Part shown: positions 29,478-39,742 of the stretch, one piece after another
How the letters are laid out: each line of letters starts with the position of its first letter
Numbering within the stretch: the first letter of the stretch is position 1
NCBI GenBank assembly: GCA_963843145.1
Contig: CAWJJC010000023.1
Coordinates: forward strand, 64,001-128,000
DNA length: 64,000 bases
Reading direction: 5' to 3'
Source: an uncultured delta proteobacterium
Lineage (GTDB): Bacteria; Desulfobacterota; RBG-13-43-22
Position numbers and translations under genes: made by a program
Notes under the pieces: model-generated
Told to the model about the DNA's origin: nothing
What the model saw: only the letters and a program-made list of their open reading frames with translations
Databases searched by the model: none

Positions 29478-30415
29478 TCCTTGGCCGGTTTCAGCTTACC
29501 TTCCCCCCAGCCCAGAACTCCGTCGGGCAGGAAGAAGATGACCAGCATGAAGATGATCCCGAGCACAAGTGCCCAGTAGCCCGTGTAGGTACTCACGAAG
29601 GTCCTGATGCCCACTATCAGGGAGGCCCCAAGCATGGGTCCCAGGAAGGTGAGCCATCCTCCGAGGAGGCACATAATGACCGTTTCCATGGAGAGGGTCC
29701 AAAAGAGCATATCGGGAAAAGCCGTATTGTCCACCACGACGAAGAGGGTCCCGGCCACCCCGGCAAAAAAGGCCACGATCACCAGGGTCAGGAGTTTATG
29801 TCCTCGGACGTTGATGCCGATCATGGCCGACCTGACGGGGTTGTCCCGGATGCCCTGGAGGGCGCTGCCGAAGGGTGATTTCAAGATACGGTACATGGCC
29901 GTCATGGATAGAGCGGTGACCACGAGGGTAAAGTAATAGGCCCCTATGCCGGTAGAGATGATGTCGGGCACGGTAATGCCGTGGAGGCCGTCATCTCCGC
30001 CGGTAAAGGAGTACCAGCGGTAGACGACGACCCAGACCAGGGAGCCCAGCGAGATCTGCAGCATACCGAAGTAGAGTTTGGAGAGACGGATACAGATCAC
30101 CCCCATGATGAGGCCCAGGAACGCCGCCACCAGGGGCCCCACGACGAAACCCAGCCAAGGCGAGAAGCCTGTTTTGAGGATCATCAGGGCCGTCCCATAA
30201 GCGCCAATCCCATAAAAGACGGCATGATGGAGCTGGTAGATCCCTCCGAAACCCAGGGCCAGGTTGTTGCTGGTGGCCAGTAACCCGTAAAGGAGCATGA
30301 CCGAAAACAGATAGACGTAAAACCTGGGCAGAAAAAAAGGAACCAGACACAAAAAGGCCAGTCCGACGATCAATCCGATTTTTCCTTTTATGCTGAACAG
30401 ACCTTGTGTGGCCAT
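29474..30415 (-). CDS. livM: LivM-type ABC permease
   Basis: HAVFYGIGAY, TGGDDG, SPFG..IRDN and LGG...FLGP. Confidence 0.92.
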   Translation of the reverse strand: MATQGLFSIKGKIGLIVGLAFLCLVPFFLPRFYVYLFSVMLLYGLLATSNNLALGFGGIYQLHHAVFYGIGAYGTALMILKTGFSPWLGFVVGPLVAAFLGLIMGVICIRLSKLYFGMLQISLGSLVWVVVYRWYSFTGGDDGLHGITVPDIISTGIGAYYFTLVVTALSMTAMYRILKSPFGSALQGIRDNPVRSAMIGINVRGHKLLTLVIVAFFAGVAGTLFVVVDNTAFPDMLFWTLSMETVIMCLLGGWLTFLGPMLGASLIVGIRTFVSTYTGYWALVLGIIFMLVIFFLPDGVLGWGEGKLKPAKE

Positions 30416-30428
30416 AGAGGGGCTCCTC

Positions 30429-31331
30429 CTACCAGGTTGACTTGAGTAATCCCGTGGGCCTGAGCAGGAGCACGACGACCACTGCCAGATAGGGGAAGAT
30501 GATGCCGAACTTGGGCCAGATCAGGATGCCCAGGGATTGGGTCAGTCCGAAGATGAGGGCCCCCAGGAGGGCCCCCCAGATGTTGCCCAGGCCACCCATG
30601 ATGACGATCAGGAAGGCCTCGATGATGAGCGTATGGTCCATCCCCAGGGTAACGCTTACCGTGGGGGCCACCAGGACCCCGCCCAAGCCGGCCAGAAAGC
30701 AGCCGATGACGAAGACTATTGCAAATATCCAGCTCACGTTGATACCAACGGCCCCGACCATCTCCCGGTCCACCGCGGCCGCCCGGGCGATCTTACCCAA
30801 CTTGGTTTTGTTGACCATGAGCCAGAGGGACACGGCGATGATGGGGCCGGCGACCAGGAGAAAGATATTGTACCTAGGGAAAGGAAGCCCCCCGAAAAGA
30901 GGCACGGCCCCCTGGAAGACCCGGGGGACGGGTACGGACTTGTACTCGCCCCCCCAGACCATTTTTACCAGGTCTCCGAAGACCAGGGAGAAGGCAAAGG
31001 TGAGCAGGATGAGCATCAGGTGTTCCCGCTCGTAGAGGAACTGGAAGATCCCCCGCTCAGACAGGAAGCTGATGAAGGCCACCGCCAGGGGTGCCAGGAG
31101 GAGGGCCATCCAGAAGCCAAAGCTCCCGCCGCCGAAGACCTTCGATACCGTGAAGGCCACAAAGGCGCCGATCATGTAGAGCGAACCATGGGCCACATTC
31201 GGTATCCGAAGTACTCCCAGGATGAGGCTCAGGCCTGATGAGACGATGAAAAGGATCGTCGTCCGGCTGAGGCCCACAAAGATCTGGCAGAGCACCGCCG
31301 GCGGGCATAGGGCATAAACAAGGTCCATCAC
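30429..31331 (-). CDS. livH: LivH-type ABC permease
   Basis: GLSLILG..NVAHG, TKLGK.ARA, GGLGN and RPTGL. Confidence 0.92.
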   Translation of the reverse strand: MMDLVYALCPPAVLCQIFVGLSRTTILFIVSSGLSLILGVLRIPNVAHGSLYMIGAFVAFTVSKVFGGGSFGFWMALLLAPLAVAFISFLSERGIFQFLYEREHLMLILLTFAFSLVFGDLVKMVWGGEYKSVPVPRVFQGAVPLFGGLPFPRYNIFLLVAGPIIAVSLWLMVNKTKLGKIARAAAVDREMVGAVGINVSWIFAIVFVIGCFLAGLGGVLVAPTVSVTLGMDHTLIIEAFLIVIMGGLGNIWGALLGALIFGLTQSLGILIWPKFGIIFPYLAVVVVLLLRPTGLLKSTW

Positions 31332-31354
31332 AGCACTCCCTGAACAGGTCCGGT

Positions 31355-32572
31355 TTAGGGCTTTCTCTGCTTCAAGATCTCGTCGCAGGTCGGCATATAG
31401 TCCTTGGCCGGTATGACCTGGGTATCCCCTGAGACGAGGAAAGGATATTTGGGGTCCTTTTTGGTGATGCCCCAGTACATGGGCAGCTCGAGCTGATGGT
31501 CACAGGCCCGGATGGTCAAGGGACCCACGGGTGAATCAAGGGTCATGCCCTCAAGGGCCTTGATGAAGGCCTCTTTATCCACCTTTCCGGCCTTTTTGAA
31601 ACCTTCGGCGATGAACTCGGCCGTCATGTAACCGATCAGGGCCGTGGCCTTGGGATATCGCTTATAGGCCATATAGAACTCATCGGCAAAGGCCTTATTG
31701 GCCGGGGTATTGGGATAATAAAAGAGATACTGACTGGTCCCATAGACCCCTTCAGGGGCATTCAAACCCTGGGGCATCAGGGTTCCCAGTTCGGTGGCCG
31801 TGTGTTGATAGAAGGGCAGCTTCTGATTCAATCCCGTGGCCTTGGCCGCTTTCTGGAAGTTGACCATACCACCGCCGCCTGTGGCCACGATCAGGAAATC
31901 GGGTTTGGCCGCCAGGATCTGGGTGATATAAGGGGTGAAATCAGCCTCCCCCACCTTCCACCAGGACTGTCCGAGGAGCTGGACCCCCGGTTTTAGTTTT
32001 TTCAGGTCGTTCCAGATGGCGTCTGCAATGGCGTGGCCGTACTCGTAGTCATCCCCACAGATCCAGTATTTGGTGTAGGGTTTTCTGGAAAGAGCCAGGG
32101 CTGTAGCCCGGCCGGCCATCTCGGTATTTTCATTCATATTGAAGACGTAACGGTGCCCCTTCTCCCCGATGATCTTCTCACTCTTGGCATAGGTGACGAA
32201 GAAGGGGATCTTCTCCTTTTTGGCCAAGTCCGATATGGCCAGGGCTGTGGCGCTGTTGATGGTCCCCACGAGAATATCGACGTTCTCTTTCATGACCAGT
32301 TCTTTGGCCATGGACAACCCGATATCGGGTTTGAACTTTTCATCCCGCGTGGTGTAGACGATCTTCCGGCCCAGGACCCCGCCTTTGGCATTGATCTTCT
32401 CCACGGCCAGCTTGAAGGCGTCAAGCATATCCTGGGTGTAAGCCGTGGCCGGACCCGTATAGGTGTCTACAATGCCCACCTTGATCGTGTCGGCGGCCTG
32501 GGAGGCCGGGCAAAAAAGAAAACCGGCGGCCAGGAAACTCACAAAAACTAAAAATACGAACAACCTTTTCAT
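31355..32572 (-). CDS. HAAT/Liv-family periplasmic substrate-binding protein
   Basis: Signal peptide, IKVG, INAKGGVLGR, DYEYG and DFTPYI. Confidence 0.92.
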   Translation of the reverse strand: MKRLFVFLVFVSFLAAGFLFCPASQAADTIKVGIVDTYTGPATAYTQDMLDAFKLAVEKINAKGGVLGRKIVYTTRDEKFKPDIGLSMAKELVMKENVDILVGTINSATALAISDLAKKEKIPFFVTYAKSEKIIGEKGHRYVFNMNENTEMAGRATALALSRKPYTKYWICGDDYEYGHAIADAIWNDLKKLKPGVQLLGQSWWKVGEADFTPYITQILAAKPDFLIVATGGGGMVNFQKAAKATGLNQKLPFYQHTATELGTLMPQGLNAPEGVYGTSQYLFYYPNTPANKAFADEFYMAYKRYPKATALIGYMTAEFIAEGFKKAGKVDKEAFIKALEGMTLDSPVGPLTIRACDHQLELPMYWGITKKDPKYPFLVSGDTQVIPAKDYMPTCDEILKQRKP

Positions 32573-32699
32573 ACTAGTCCTCCTCTTCTCTATTTTCCCC
32601 GACGATTCTTTCCTTGGGGTGGAAATAGATTACCATATCAAACCATGGGTTGACCATCAGACCCTTTTGACTTTTTCGGAAAAAAGCTTGATAAATGAC

Positions 32700-34544
32700 T
32701 TACAACGGCACCTCGACCACTACCTGGGTCCCGATCTCCGGGCTTGACTTGACCCGAAAGGTCCCTCCCACGGCCAAGGCCCTTTCTTTCATGGTCATCA
32801 TTCCCCATCCCCCCTTGTCTTCCGAATGGGCGGCCAAGGCGGTGTCATAACCGATGCCGTTATCTTCCACCGAAAGGGTAACCTTCCCTTTCGTAACACT
32901 TACGGTAACGACCACCGCCTCGGCCTTGGCATGCTTGACCACATTGGTCAAAGCCTCCTGGACGATCCGGAACAGGGCGTTTTCAACCGGCGGGGCAAAG
33001 CGAAGGTCAGGATCCCGGCCCCGGACCGTAATCCCAATGCCCGTCCTGGCGCCCCATTGCTTGGCATAAAGATCCAAAGCGGCCACCAGCCCGTAATCGT
33101 CAAGCACGGGGGACCTCAGGTCGCTCATCAGGTTCCGGACCCTCTCGGTGGTCTGTTTCACCAGGGTGATCGAATCGGTGATCCTTAATTGGACCAGCGA
33201 GGGTGTGTCCCGGGGGATCAGTGACTTGAATAGGTTCAGGTTGACACCCAAGATGGTCAGGTTTTGCCCTATTTGATCGTGCAACTCCCTGGATACGGCC
33301 TTCCGTCCCTTCTCTTCCGTTTCGGAGAGTCGCCAACCCAACCCGCGGAGCTGTTCCTGAGAAGCCTTCAAGGCTGTTTCTGTCCGTCTCCGAAACTGTA
33401 TGTTAATCAGGAGGACCGAGATAACCGCCAGTAAGGCGGCGCTAACGGCCAGGGCCGCGATGATAAGCTTCTTATGCCTTTGATAAAGGGTTTTCGGATA
33501 ATTCAGGACAATACTCTCGGCCGGCAATTGGTTCATTCCGATTTTAAACCGTTTGAGTTGATCGTAATCGAACATGGTCCGCTTGGGGGCTGTCCTTTCC
33601 ACCGGAATATTGCGGACCCGGCCTCCCCGAAGTATCCGTAAGGCCTGCTTTCCGGCGGCCTTTCCCTGGGAATAACCGGTGGTCATTACACCGCCGACGA
33701 TGCCATGGCCGAGGTTGAAATCCCAGGGGCTGTAGATGGGCGCCGGTGAATTGCGGGAGAGGAGAGAAATGATCTCATCGTAGTCGAATTTCCGGCCCAC
33801 TTTGTCCTGGCTAAAAACGCCGTAAAGAATGACGCTTTGCGGCGGCAGGGCTCCCAGGACCTGAAAGATCTCCTTGGTATCCACGTCCTCCATTAAAACA
33901 AACCGGATCGATCTCCCGAAGAGAGGGCTGATTCTTAGGAACTCTTCGTGGAGAGGGTATCCCCTGGTGGTCCACTCATTGATGAACACTATGTGCCGCG
34001 TCCGGGGATGCAGTTTCAGAATAAGGTCCATGTTGGCCTTCAGGTCGGCCTCCATGTTTACACCGGTGAAGTTACTGGCCTCCTTCAGCTCAGGTTCCCC
34101 GGCAACGTTGACGCCGGAGAAGACCACCGGGGTTCCCGGAAAAAGTCGGTCCCGGTATTTCAGCATAAACCGTAAGGCATTGGCGTCGGTGACACAGATG
34201 CAATCGAATTTCAAACCTCGGTATTTGATCTGGTAGACGCGCAGCAGATCCCCGAAGGCCCGTTCGTAATGCATCCGTGCGGTATCCATGTACTCAACGT
34301 AGATCTGGTTCGGTCCTATGGCCTCTTTCAGGGCAGCCACAATGCCGGCATTCTGATCGTCGGTCCATTTGTAGCCTCGGTGAAAGGAGTGCAGGACAAA
34401 CACCTTTTGTAAAGGATTTTCTACGGCCAGGAGGGGAGAGACCAGGGAGGAAAAACCCAAGATGAAAATCAGGATCAGACTGCGACATAACCGGGGCATG
34501 GGGCCCTTCCTACTCCAGGGAGGTAAGCCCGTGCTGAATGGCAA
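32700..34544 (-). CDS. Sensor histidine kinase (HisKA_3/NarX type) with periplasmic SBP-like sensor; start probably near 34499
   Basis: Signal peptide, VLHSFH..EYMD..TPVVFSG, TM helix, RELHDQIGQ, QEALTNVVKHA and EDNGIG. Confidence 0.9.
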   Translation of the reverse strand: MPFSTGLPPWSRKGPMPRLCRSLILIFILGFSSLVSPLLAVENPLQKVFVLHSFHRGYKWTDDQNAGIVAALKEAIGPNQIYVEYMDTARMHYERAFGDLLRVYQIKYRGLKFDCICVTDANALRFMLKYRDRLFPGTPVVFSGVNVAGEPELKEASNFTGVNMEADLKANMDLILKLHPRTRHIVFINEWTTRGYPLHEEFLRISPLFGRSIRFVLMEDVDTKEIFQVLGALPPQSVILYGVFSQDKVGRKFDYDEIISLLSRNSPAPIYSPWDFNLGHGIVGGVMTTGYSQGKAAGKQALRILRGGRVRNIPVERTAPKRTMFDYDQLKRFKIGMNQLPAESIVLNYPKTLYQRHKKLIIAALAVSAALLAVISVLLINIQFRRRTETALKASQEQLRGLGWRLSETEEKGRKAVSRELHDQIGQNLTILGVNLNLFKSLIPRDTPSLVQLRITDSITLVKQTTERVRNLMSDLRSPVLDDYGLVAALDLYAKQWGARTGIGITVRGRDPDLRFAPPVENALFRIVQEALTNVVKHAKAEAVVVTVSVTKGKVTLSVEDNGIGYDTALAAHSEDKGGWGMMTMKERALAVGGTFRVKSSPEIGTQVVVEVPL

Positions 34545-35175
34545 ATTTTACCAAGGCTGGGAGATCGTTTAAGCCCAGTTTCTGCATCAGGTGGCTCCGG
34601 TAGGTCTCCACGGTCTTCGGGGAAAGGAAGAGGCGTTCGGCAATCCTGACGTTGGATTTGCCTTCCACCAGGAGTTGGAGGATCTCCCGCTCCCGGGCGC
34701 TGAGGCTTGCCAAGGGCCCTTGGGTCTCGGCCATCTTCCGGTGACGCACATAGTCCCCCACGATGTTCTCAGAAATTTCGCTACAGAGAAAGATCTGCCC
34801 ACAGTGGACCGTCCTGACGGCCTTTATCAGGTCCTCACCGGCCGACTCCTTGAGGATGTATCCCCTAGCCCCGGCCTTAAGGGCATCGAATATGTGCTGA
34901 GAGGTAGAGTACATGGAGAGGATGATCACCCTTACCCCGGGACAATCTCGGCATATCTGCCGGGTGGCTTCCACGCCGTTCAATTCCGGCATGGCGATGT
35001 CCATGAGAGCAATATGAGGGGAAAGTTTCACCACCTGCCTAACCGCTTCGCGTCCGTTATCGGCCTCGCCGATCACCTGGATATCGGGCTGGGTCTCCAG
35101 GAGCAGACGAAATCCTTCCCGCACAATCCGGTGATCGTCCGCCAGGAATACCTTGATGCTCACCACATTCGCCAT
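34510..35175 (-). CDS. NarL/LuxR-family response regulator
   Basis: LADDH, MDIAMP, YILK and LSAREREIL..SPKTVETYR. Confidence 0.95.
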   Translation of the reverse strand: MANVVSIKVFLADDHRIVREGFRLLLETQPDIQVIGEADNGREAVRQVVKLSPHIALMDIAMPELNGVEATRQICRDCPGVRVIILSMYSTSQHIFDALKAGARGYILKESAGEDLIKAVRTVHCGQIFLCSEISENIVGDYVRHRKMAETQGPLASLSAREREILQLLVEGKSNVRIAERLFLSPKTVETYRSHLMQKLGLNDLPALVKFAIQHGLTSLE

Positions 35176-35398
35176 AGCAGGCCTTGGAAGATTATAAAGG
35201 CAGTAGGCCGAACCCTGGAACTTACCATACCGCTGGTTCCTGCTCCGTTCCCGGTTTCGACGCAGGGCGTCGGCAATTGAAAATTATTCATAATAGTACC
35301 TCCTTAAATTACAATAAGGAGGCTTATCGCCATGGGTAAAAAATTATGGTTCATTCCTTTTAAGATGTCAATCAGGAATGGAATGAGATCGATAGACT

Positions 35399-36987
35399 TC
35401 AGGTAAGGTCGGCTTCCATGCTCTGGTGGGGCTTGCCCCGGTAATCGAAGGCCTGTCCGACCGGTTTCCAGCCCAAGCGGGCAAAAAAGGGGATGTTTTC
35501 ATCCTGAATCCGGGCGGTAAAGGTAGTGCAGCCTTTTCGCTTCACGGCGACCGCCTCTTGCACCAGGCGCTCCCCGGCGCCCTGAGGCGGAAGTCTTTTT
35601 GGATGGCCACCGGCCCCCGACCCTCGCCATTCTTTTGGATGGCCAACCTCCCACCGATCCAATGACCGTTTCCATCTACCGGGAAGACCCGCACCGTGCC
35701 GATAATTTGCCCCTCCATCTCAGCGATCAGATGGGTGCTTTTCCAATCGTTTTCGTCGGCATCCGTTTCCTGAAAGAGCCGCTGCTCGTCCACAAACACC
35801 TGGTGACGAATTGCCGTCGCCCAGGTTAACTCCCGGCGGGTCCGGGAAGGGTGGCAGACGATTCGTTCGACCGGCTGTTCGTAAAAAGGCAGGGCCGAAC
35901 AGGCCCCGCAGCGGACACAGCCGGCCAAATTCTTTTTCGAGGACAGCCCTTTTCTGCTTAAAATCTCCGCCACCTTTTCGTAGATTTCCGTCATGATCCC
36001 GTGATCCGGAGGTAACGCTTTTTCCATTGCTGATCCGGGGATCGGCCGGAGTGGAACCACAAAAGGGAAGACCCCCAGATCGGCCAACCGCTCGCTGCCC
36101 TGGATGATCGAATCCTGCTCCTCACCCAGGCCGACGATCAGGAAACTGCTGACCTGATTGGGGCCGAAAAGCTCCACCGCCTCCTTCCAGGCCTTTACAT
36201 ACCTTGACCGGCCGAAAGCCGCCTTAGCCGGAGCCAGGCGTTTCAGGACCTCCTGGTCAAAACTTTCAATATGAAGGCCGATCGTATCCACCCCCGCCGT
36301 CTTTAATAAAAGCAGGGCCTCCGGATCCGAGGGGGGAAGGCATTGGGCCTGAACGGGTAAGCCGGTTGTCTGTTTGATAGCGGCTGCGCAACGGGACAGG
36401 AGCTGAACCTCATCCCCCGGTAAAGACGCCGCTCCGGTGGTGAGGACCACCTGACGGATCCCGTCCAGTTCCTTGGCCTTCCGGGCCACTTCGGCTACCT
36501 GGTCCGGGGTTTTGCTGGGGAGTGTGGATTGGTTCCGAAGAGAAACCGCTATTCCACAAAAACGGCACTGCTGCTGGAATTGCCAGTGGTCGCAGGTCTG
36601 CAACACTGTCGTGGCCAGGCAATCCCGGCCATGGAGCAAAGCGATTTTCTTATAGGGGACCCCTTCCTGAGTTTGGAGGTCATAAAAGGCCGGAGGCGAA
36701 ACCGGTTCTACCGTGCTTCTAAATTCTCCATTTTTGAAGATCCCATATCTATTTCCCGTGCGCTTCAAGGTATAGGGAGAATGAGGAACGTAATATCCGC
36801 TGACCGGAATCGAAACCGCCCGCCCTTGGATGACGAGGGTCCCCCCTTCAGCAGGACCGGCCCCGCCATTCCGTTGCAGGAGTCCCTCCTGGATCCGCAG
36901 ACCTAGGCTTTGCAGTTCGGTAACCAGGCGCTGCGTGACCTTGGAATTTATTTCTGATTTCTCGGTGACCAAAAAAATTCTTCCCAA
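35399..36987 (-). CDS. MSMEG_0568/NitD-like radical SAM protein fused to an MSMEG_0567/NitE-like GNAT domain; frameshift and short duplication near 35580-35640
   Basis: GGAGP, IALLHG.DCLATTVLQTC-x8-CRFC, QVSSFLIVGLGE, PF.VP.RPI.G, AGC..CGACS; then IRHQVFVDEQ.LF..D, IGTVR, W.GGRLA, and F.A.IQ..N..FF.RLGW in the next frame. Confidence 0.82.
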
Positions 36988-37017
36988 AGTTCAACTGTTT
37001 AATTTAACATCCCATTT

Positions 37018-37800
37018 TCATTGATTCCCGGCCCTCTCTCTTATCAGGGATCTTTGATCTTTGAGCAGATTAAGGATGGTCCGGCGCAGGGTATTGAATT
37101 CCGGATCGGTTCGATCCCGGGGCCGGGGCGATTCCACCTTCAATATGGTTTCAACCCGGGCCGGCCGAGGAGTCAGCACCACGATCTGATCGCTCAAGAA
37201 AACCGCCTCATCCACGTTGTGGGTGACAAAAAGGATCGTTTCCCCCCTTTTCTGCCAGATAGACAGAAGAAATTCCTGCATATCGTTCCGGGTCTGGCTG
37301 TCCAGGGAGGCAAAGGGTTCGTCCATGAGGACCACCCGCGGATTCATGATCAGGGTCCGGGCAATGGCCACCCGCTGTTGCATGCCGCCGGATAATTCCC
37401 GCGGATAATGGTGTTCAAAACCGGAAAGGCCGAAGATAGACAAGTACTTCCCGGCCAATCGTTCCCGGTCCGCTTTAACGATACCCTGCATCTCCAAACC
37501 GAACTGGATATTCTCCAGGGTAGTCCTCCAGGGGAAAAGGGCATATTCCTGAAAGACCAGTCCGATGCCCTCGGTCCCGGGAAGAAGTTCCCGGTCATTC
37601 AGCACGACCTTTCCCGAAGTGGCTTTCTCCAGGCCGGACAATATTTTCAAGAGGGTCGTCTTCCCACAGCCGCTGGAACCAATAAAAGAAATAAACTGAC
37701 CGGACTCAAAACAGCAGGAAAGGTCCTGGAGTACCGGGATGGTTTCCCCCGGGTTCTTTCCCGGATAGCTTTTGGTAAGTTTACTCAGCGCTAAAGACAA
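37018..37800 (-). CDS. NitT/TauT (SsuB-like) ABC ATPase
   Basis: GSSGCGKTT, FQEYALFPW, LSGGMQQR, MDEPF and FVTH. Confidence 0.93.
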   Translation of the reverse strand: MSLALSKLTKSYPGKNPGETIPVLQDLSCCFESGQFISFIGSSGCGKTTLLKILSGLEKATSGKVVLNDRELLPGTEGIGLVFQEYALFPWRTTLENIQFGLEMQGIVKADRERLAGKYLSIFGLSGFEHHYPRELSGGMQQRVAIARTLIMNPRVVLMDEPFASLDSQTRNDMQEFLLSIWQKRGETILFVTHNVDEAVFLSDQIVVLTPRPARVETILKVESPRPRDRTDPEFNTLRRTILNLLKDQRSLIRERAGNQ

Positions 37801-37811
37801 AAGAAGACCTT

Positions 37812-38567
37812 TTACTTCCAGGGAATCATTTTGGCCTCAAGCTGCCGGAGACCCACATCAATCAGCAGTCCGATCAACCCGATGACCAGCATACCGGCCA
37901 GAATCTCGTCCGAGCGCTGGATGTCCCGGGCGGTCATGATCATGTACCCCAATCCGTAGCCCTCCCGGACACCGGTGAACTCCGCGGCCACCAGGGTCAT
38001 CCAGCCGATCCCGATACCGATCCGCAACCCCACAAAAATGGAGGGAACGGAGCCGGGCAGGAGCACCTGGAGAAAGATATTCCGTTCCCTGGCCTGCAGG
38101 GTCCGGGCCGCCTCCACCAGGGTGGGGTTGATGGACAACACCCCGGAGATGGTATTCAGGAGAATAGGGAAAAAGGCACCCAGGAAAATGATGAAGGCCG
38201 CGGCCTGAATGCCGATGCCAAACCAGAGGATCGCAATGGGAATCCAGGCCAAAGGGGGGATGGGCCGGATTAGTTCGATCACCGGCCTGACCAGACCCCT
38301 GACCTTTTCAGACCAGCCCAAAACCAGCCCGAGGGGGATAGCGAGCACCACGGCGGCCAGGTAACCCCATCCGACGCGGTATAAACTATACAACACATGA
38401 TTATGCAACAGATGCCCGGGAGGCATGCCCTCCAGGACGAGTTCCTTTAATCCGGCCAGGATTTCCAGGGGAGCGGGGAGCTTGAACCGGGGGACAATCT
38501 CCAGCATGGAGACCAATTGCCAAAGGATGATCAACCCCAGAGGTAATACAAATTTTTCATATTTCAT
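37812..38567 (-). CDS. NitT/TauT ABC permease
   Basis: LPAP, SLYRV, RPIPPLAWIP, EAA loop and LVAAE. Confidence 0.93.
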   Translation of the reverse strand: MKYEKFVLPLGLIILWQLVSMLEIVPRFKLPAPLEILAGLKELVLEGMPPGHLLHNHVLYSLYRVGWGYLAAVVLAIPLGLVLGWSEKVRGLVRPVIELIRPIPPLAWIPIAILWFGIGIQAAAFIIFLGAFFPILLNTISGVLSINPTLVEAARTLQARERNIFLQVLLPGSVPSIFVGLRIGIGIGWMTLVAAEFTGVREGYGLGYMIMTARDIQRSDEILAGMLVIGLIGLLIDVGLRQLEAKMIPWK

Positions 38568-38650
38568 GGCTGCGGAACTCGTAATAAGCGACCCACCCAC
38601 CTTGAAATCCAAAATTGGAAAAACATTTTACCTCATCCCGGATTAATGTC

Positions 38651-38726
38651 TGGTCCCCGGCGTTCGCCGGGGTGACGACCTTTAGCAGGCTCTCTTTGAC
38701 CGTCATTCCGGCGAAAGCCGGAATCC
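38651..38726. repeat. REP-like inverted pair of short palindromic units
   Basis: GGTCCCCGGCGTTCGCCGGGGTGACG and CGTCATTCCGGCGAAAGCCGGAATCC in opposite orientation, each a hairpin. Confidence 0.75.
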
Positions 38727-38764
38727 GATATGTCGTTTCTACGACGAGACCCTTAATAAATAGG

Positions 38765-39736
38765 CTACTTCTTCAAGACTTCCGCCAGGATCTCCTGGTT
38801 TAGAAATTCCCGAACGAAAGCCTGAGGGTTCTCCACCTTGATGTATTTCATCTGCGAGAGAAAATCCACGTATTCTTTTTCCCCCTCCACGCTGAGCTGA
38901 TAGGTATAGCGGACATTTTTTAAGGCCAAGGCAATGGTTTTCTCATCCAGTCCGGTGTATTTGACCCCTATTTTGACGGCCTCCTCCGGGTTCTGTCGAA
39001 TAAAATCCGTGGCCTTCACATGGGCCCGGACAAGTTTTTTTGCTGAGTCGGGCTGGGTCGCCAGAAATCTGGCCTCCACCGCTAGCACGCAGCAAGGATG
39101 GTCCTTCCAGATGTCCCGGGAATAGGCCAGCACCCGGCCCACCCCCATGGTCTGGGCCTTGGCCGGAAAAGGTTCCCAGGCGATAAAGGCCTCCACCTGG
39201 TCGGTGCGCAGGGCCCCGATCATTTCCGGAGGCTTGATCACCAGGGTCTTGACTGACATTGTATCCATGTTGTTGTTAAGCAATGCTTTTTTGAATAGAA
39301 AGTCCTGGACCGTGGCGTGTCCGGGGATAGCCACGCTTTTCCCCGCCAGGTCCCTCACCTTTTGATAGGGGGAATCCTTTTTGACCACCAGGGCCGAACC
39401 CTCGACATTGACCTGGGCCAGGACCACCACCCTGGCGGCCTTGTTGGCCACCGCTGTGGTAGCCGGCGCCTCACCCACATAGCCCGCGTCCAGGGCCCCG
39501 GCGGCAAAGGCGCTCATCAGTTCCGGACCGGCCTTGAAGATCCCGGCCACTTGGACATCCAATCCTTCCCGAGCATAAAATCCTTTCTCCAAAGCCACCC
39601 AGCAGGGCAGGTGGTGGATATCATTTTGGAGATAGGCTATACGGATCGGCTTTTTATCGGCGCCTTCGGGTATCCCCTGAATCAGCAACATGAAAAACAA
39701 CGCCGCCAAGCCCATGAAAGGTTTCTTCAGTTTCAT
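38765..39736 (-). CDS. NitT/TauT (SsuA/NrtA-like) substrate-binding protein
   Basis: Signal peptide, IAYL..DIHHL, GPELM, DL.GK.VAIP, WEPF and W.DHPCC. Confidence 0.9.
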   Translation of the reverse strand: MKLKKPFMGLAALFFMLLIQGIPEGADKKPIRIAYLQNDIHHLPCWVALEKGFYAREGLDVQVAGIFKAGPELMSAFAAGALDAGYVGEAPATTAVANKAARVVVLAQVNVEGSALVVKKDSPYQKVRDLAGKSVAIPGHATVQDFLFKKALLNNNMDTMSVKTLVIKPPEMIGALRTDQVEAFIAWEPFPAKAQTMGVGRVLAYSRDIWKDHPCCVLAVEARFLATQPDSAKKLVRAHVKATDFIRQNPEEAVKIGVKYTGLDEKTIALALKNVRYTYQLSVEGEKEYVDFLSQMKYIKVENPQAFVREFLNQEILAEVLKK

Positions 39737-39742
39737 AGCAAG

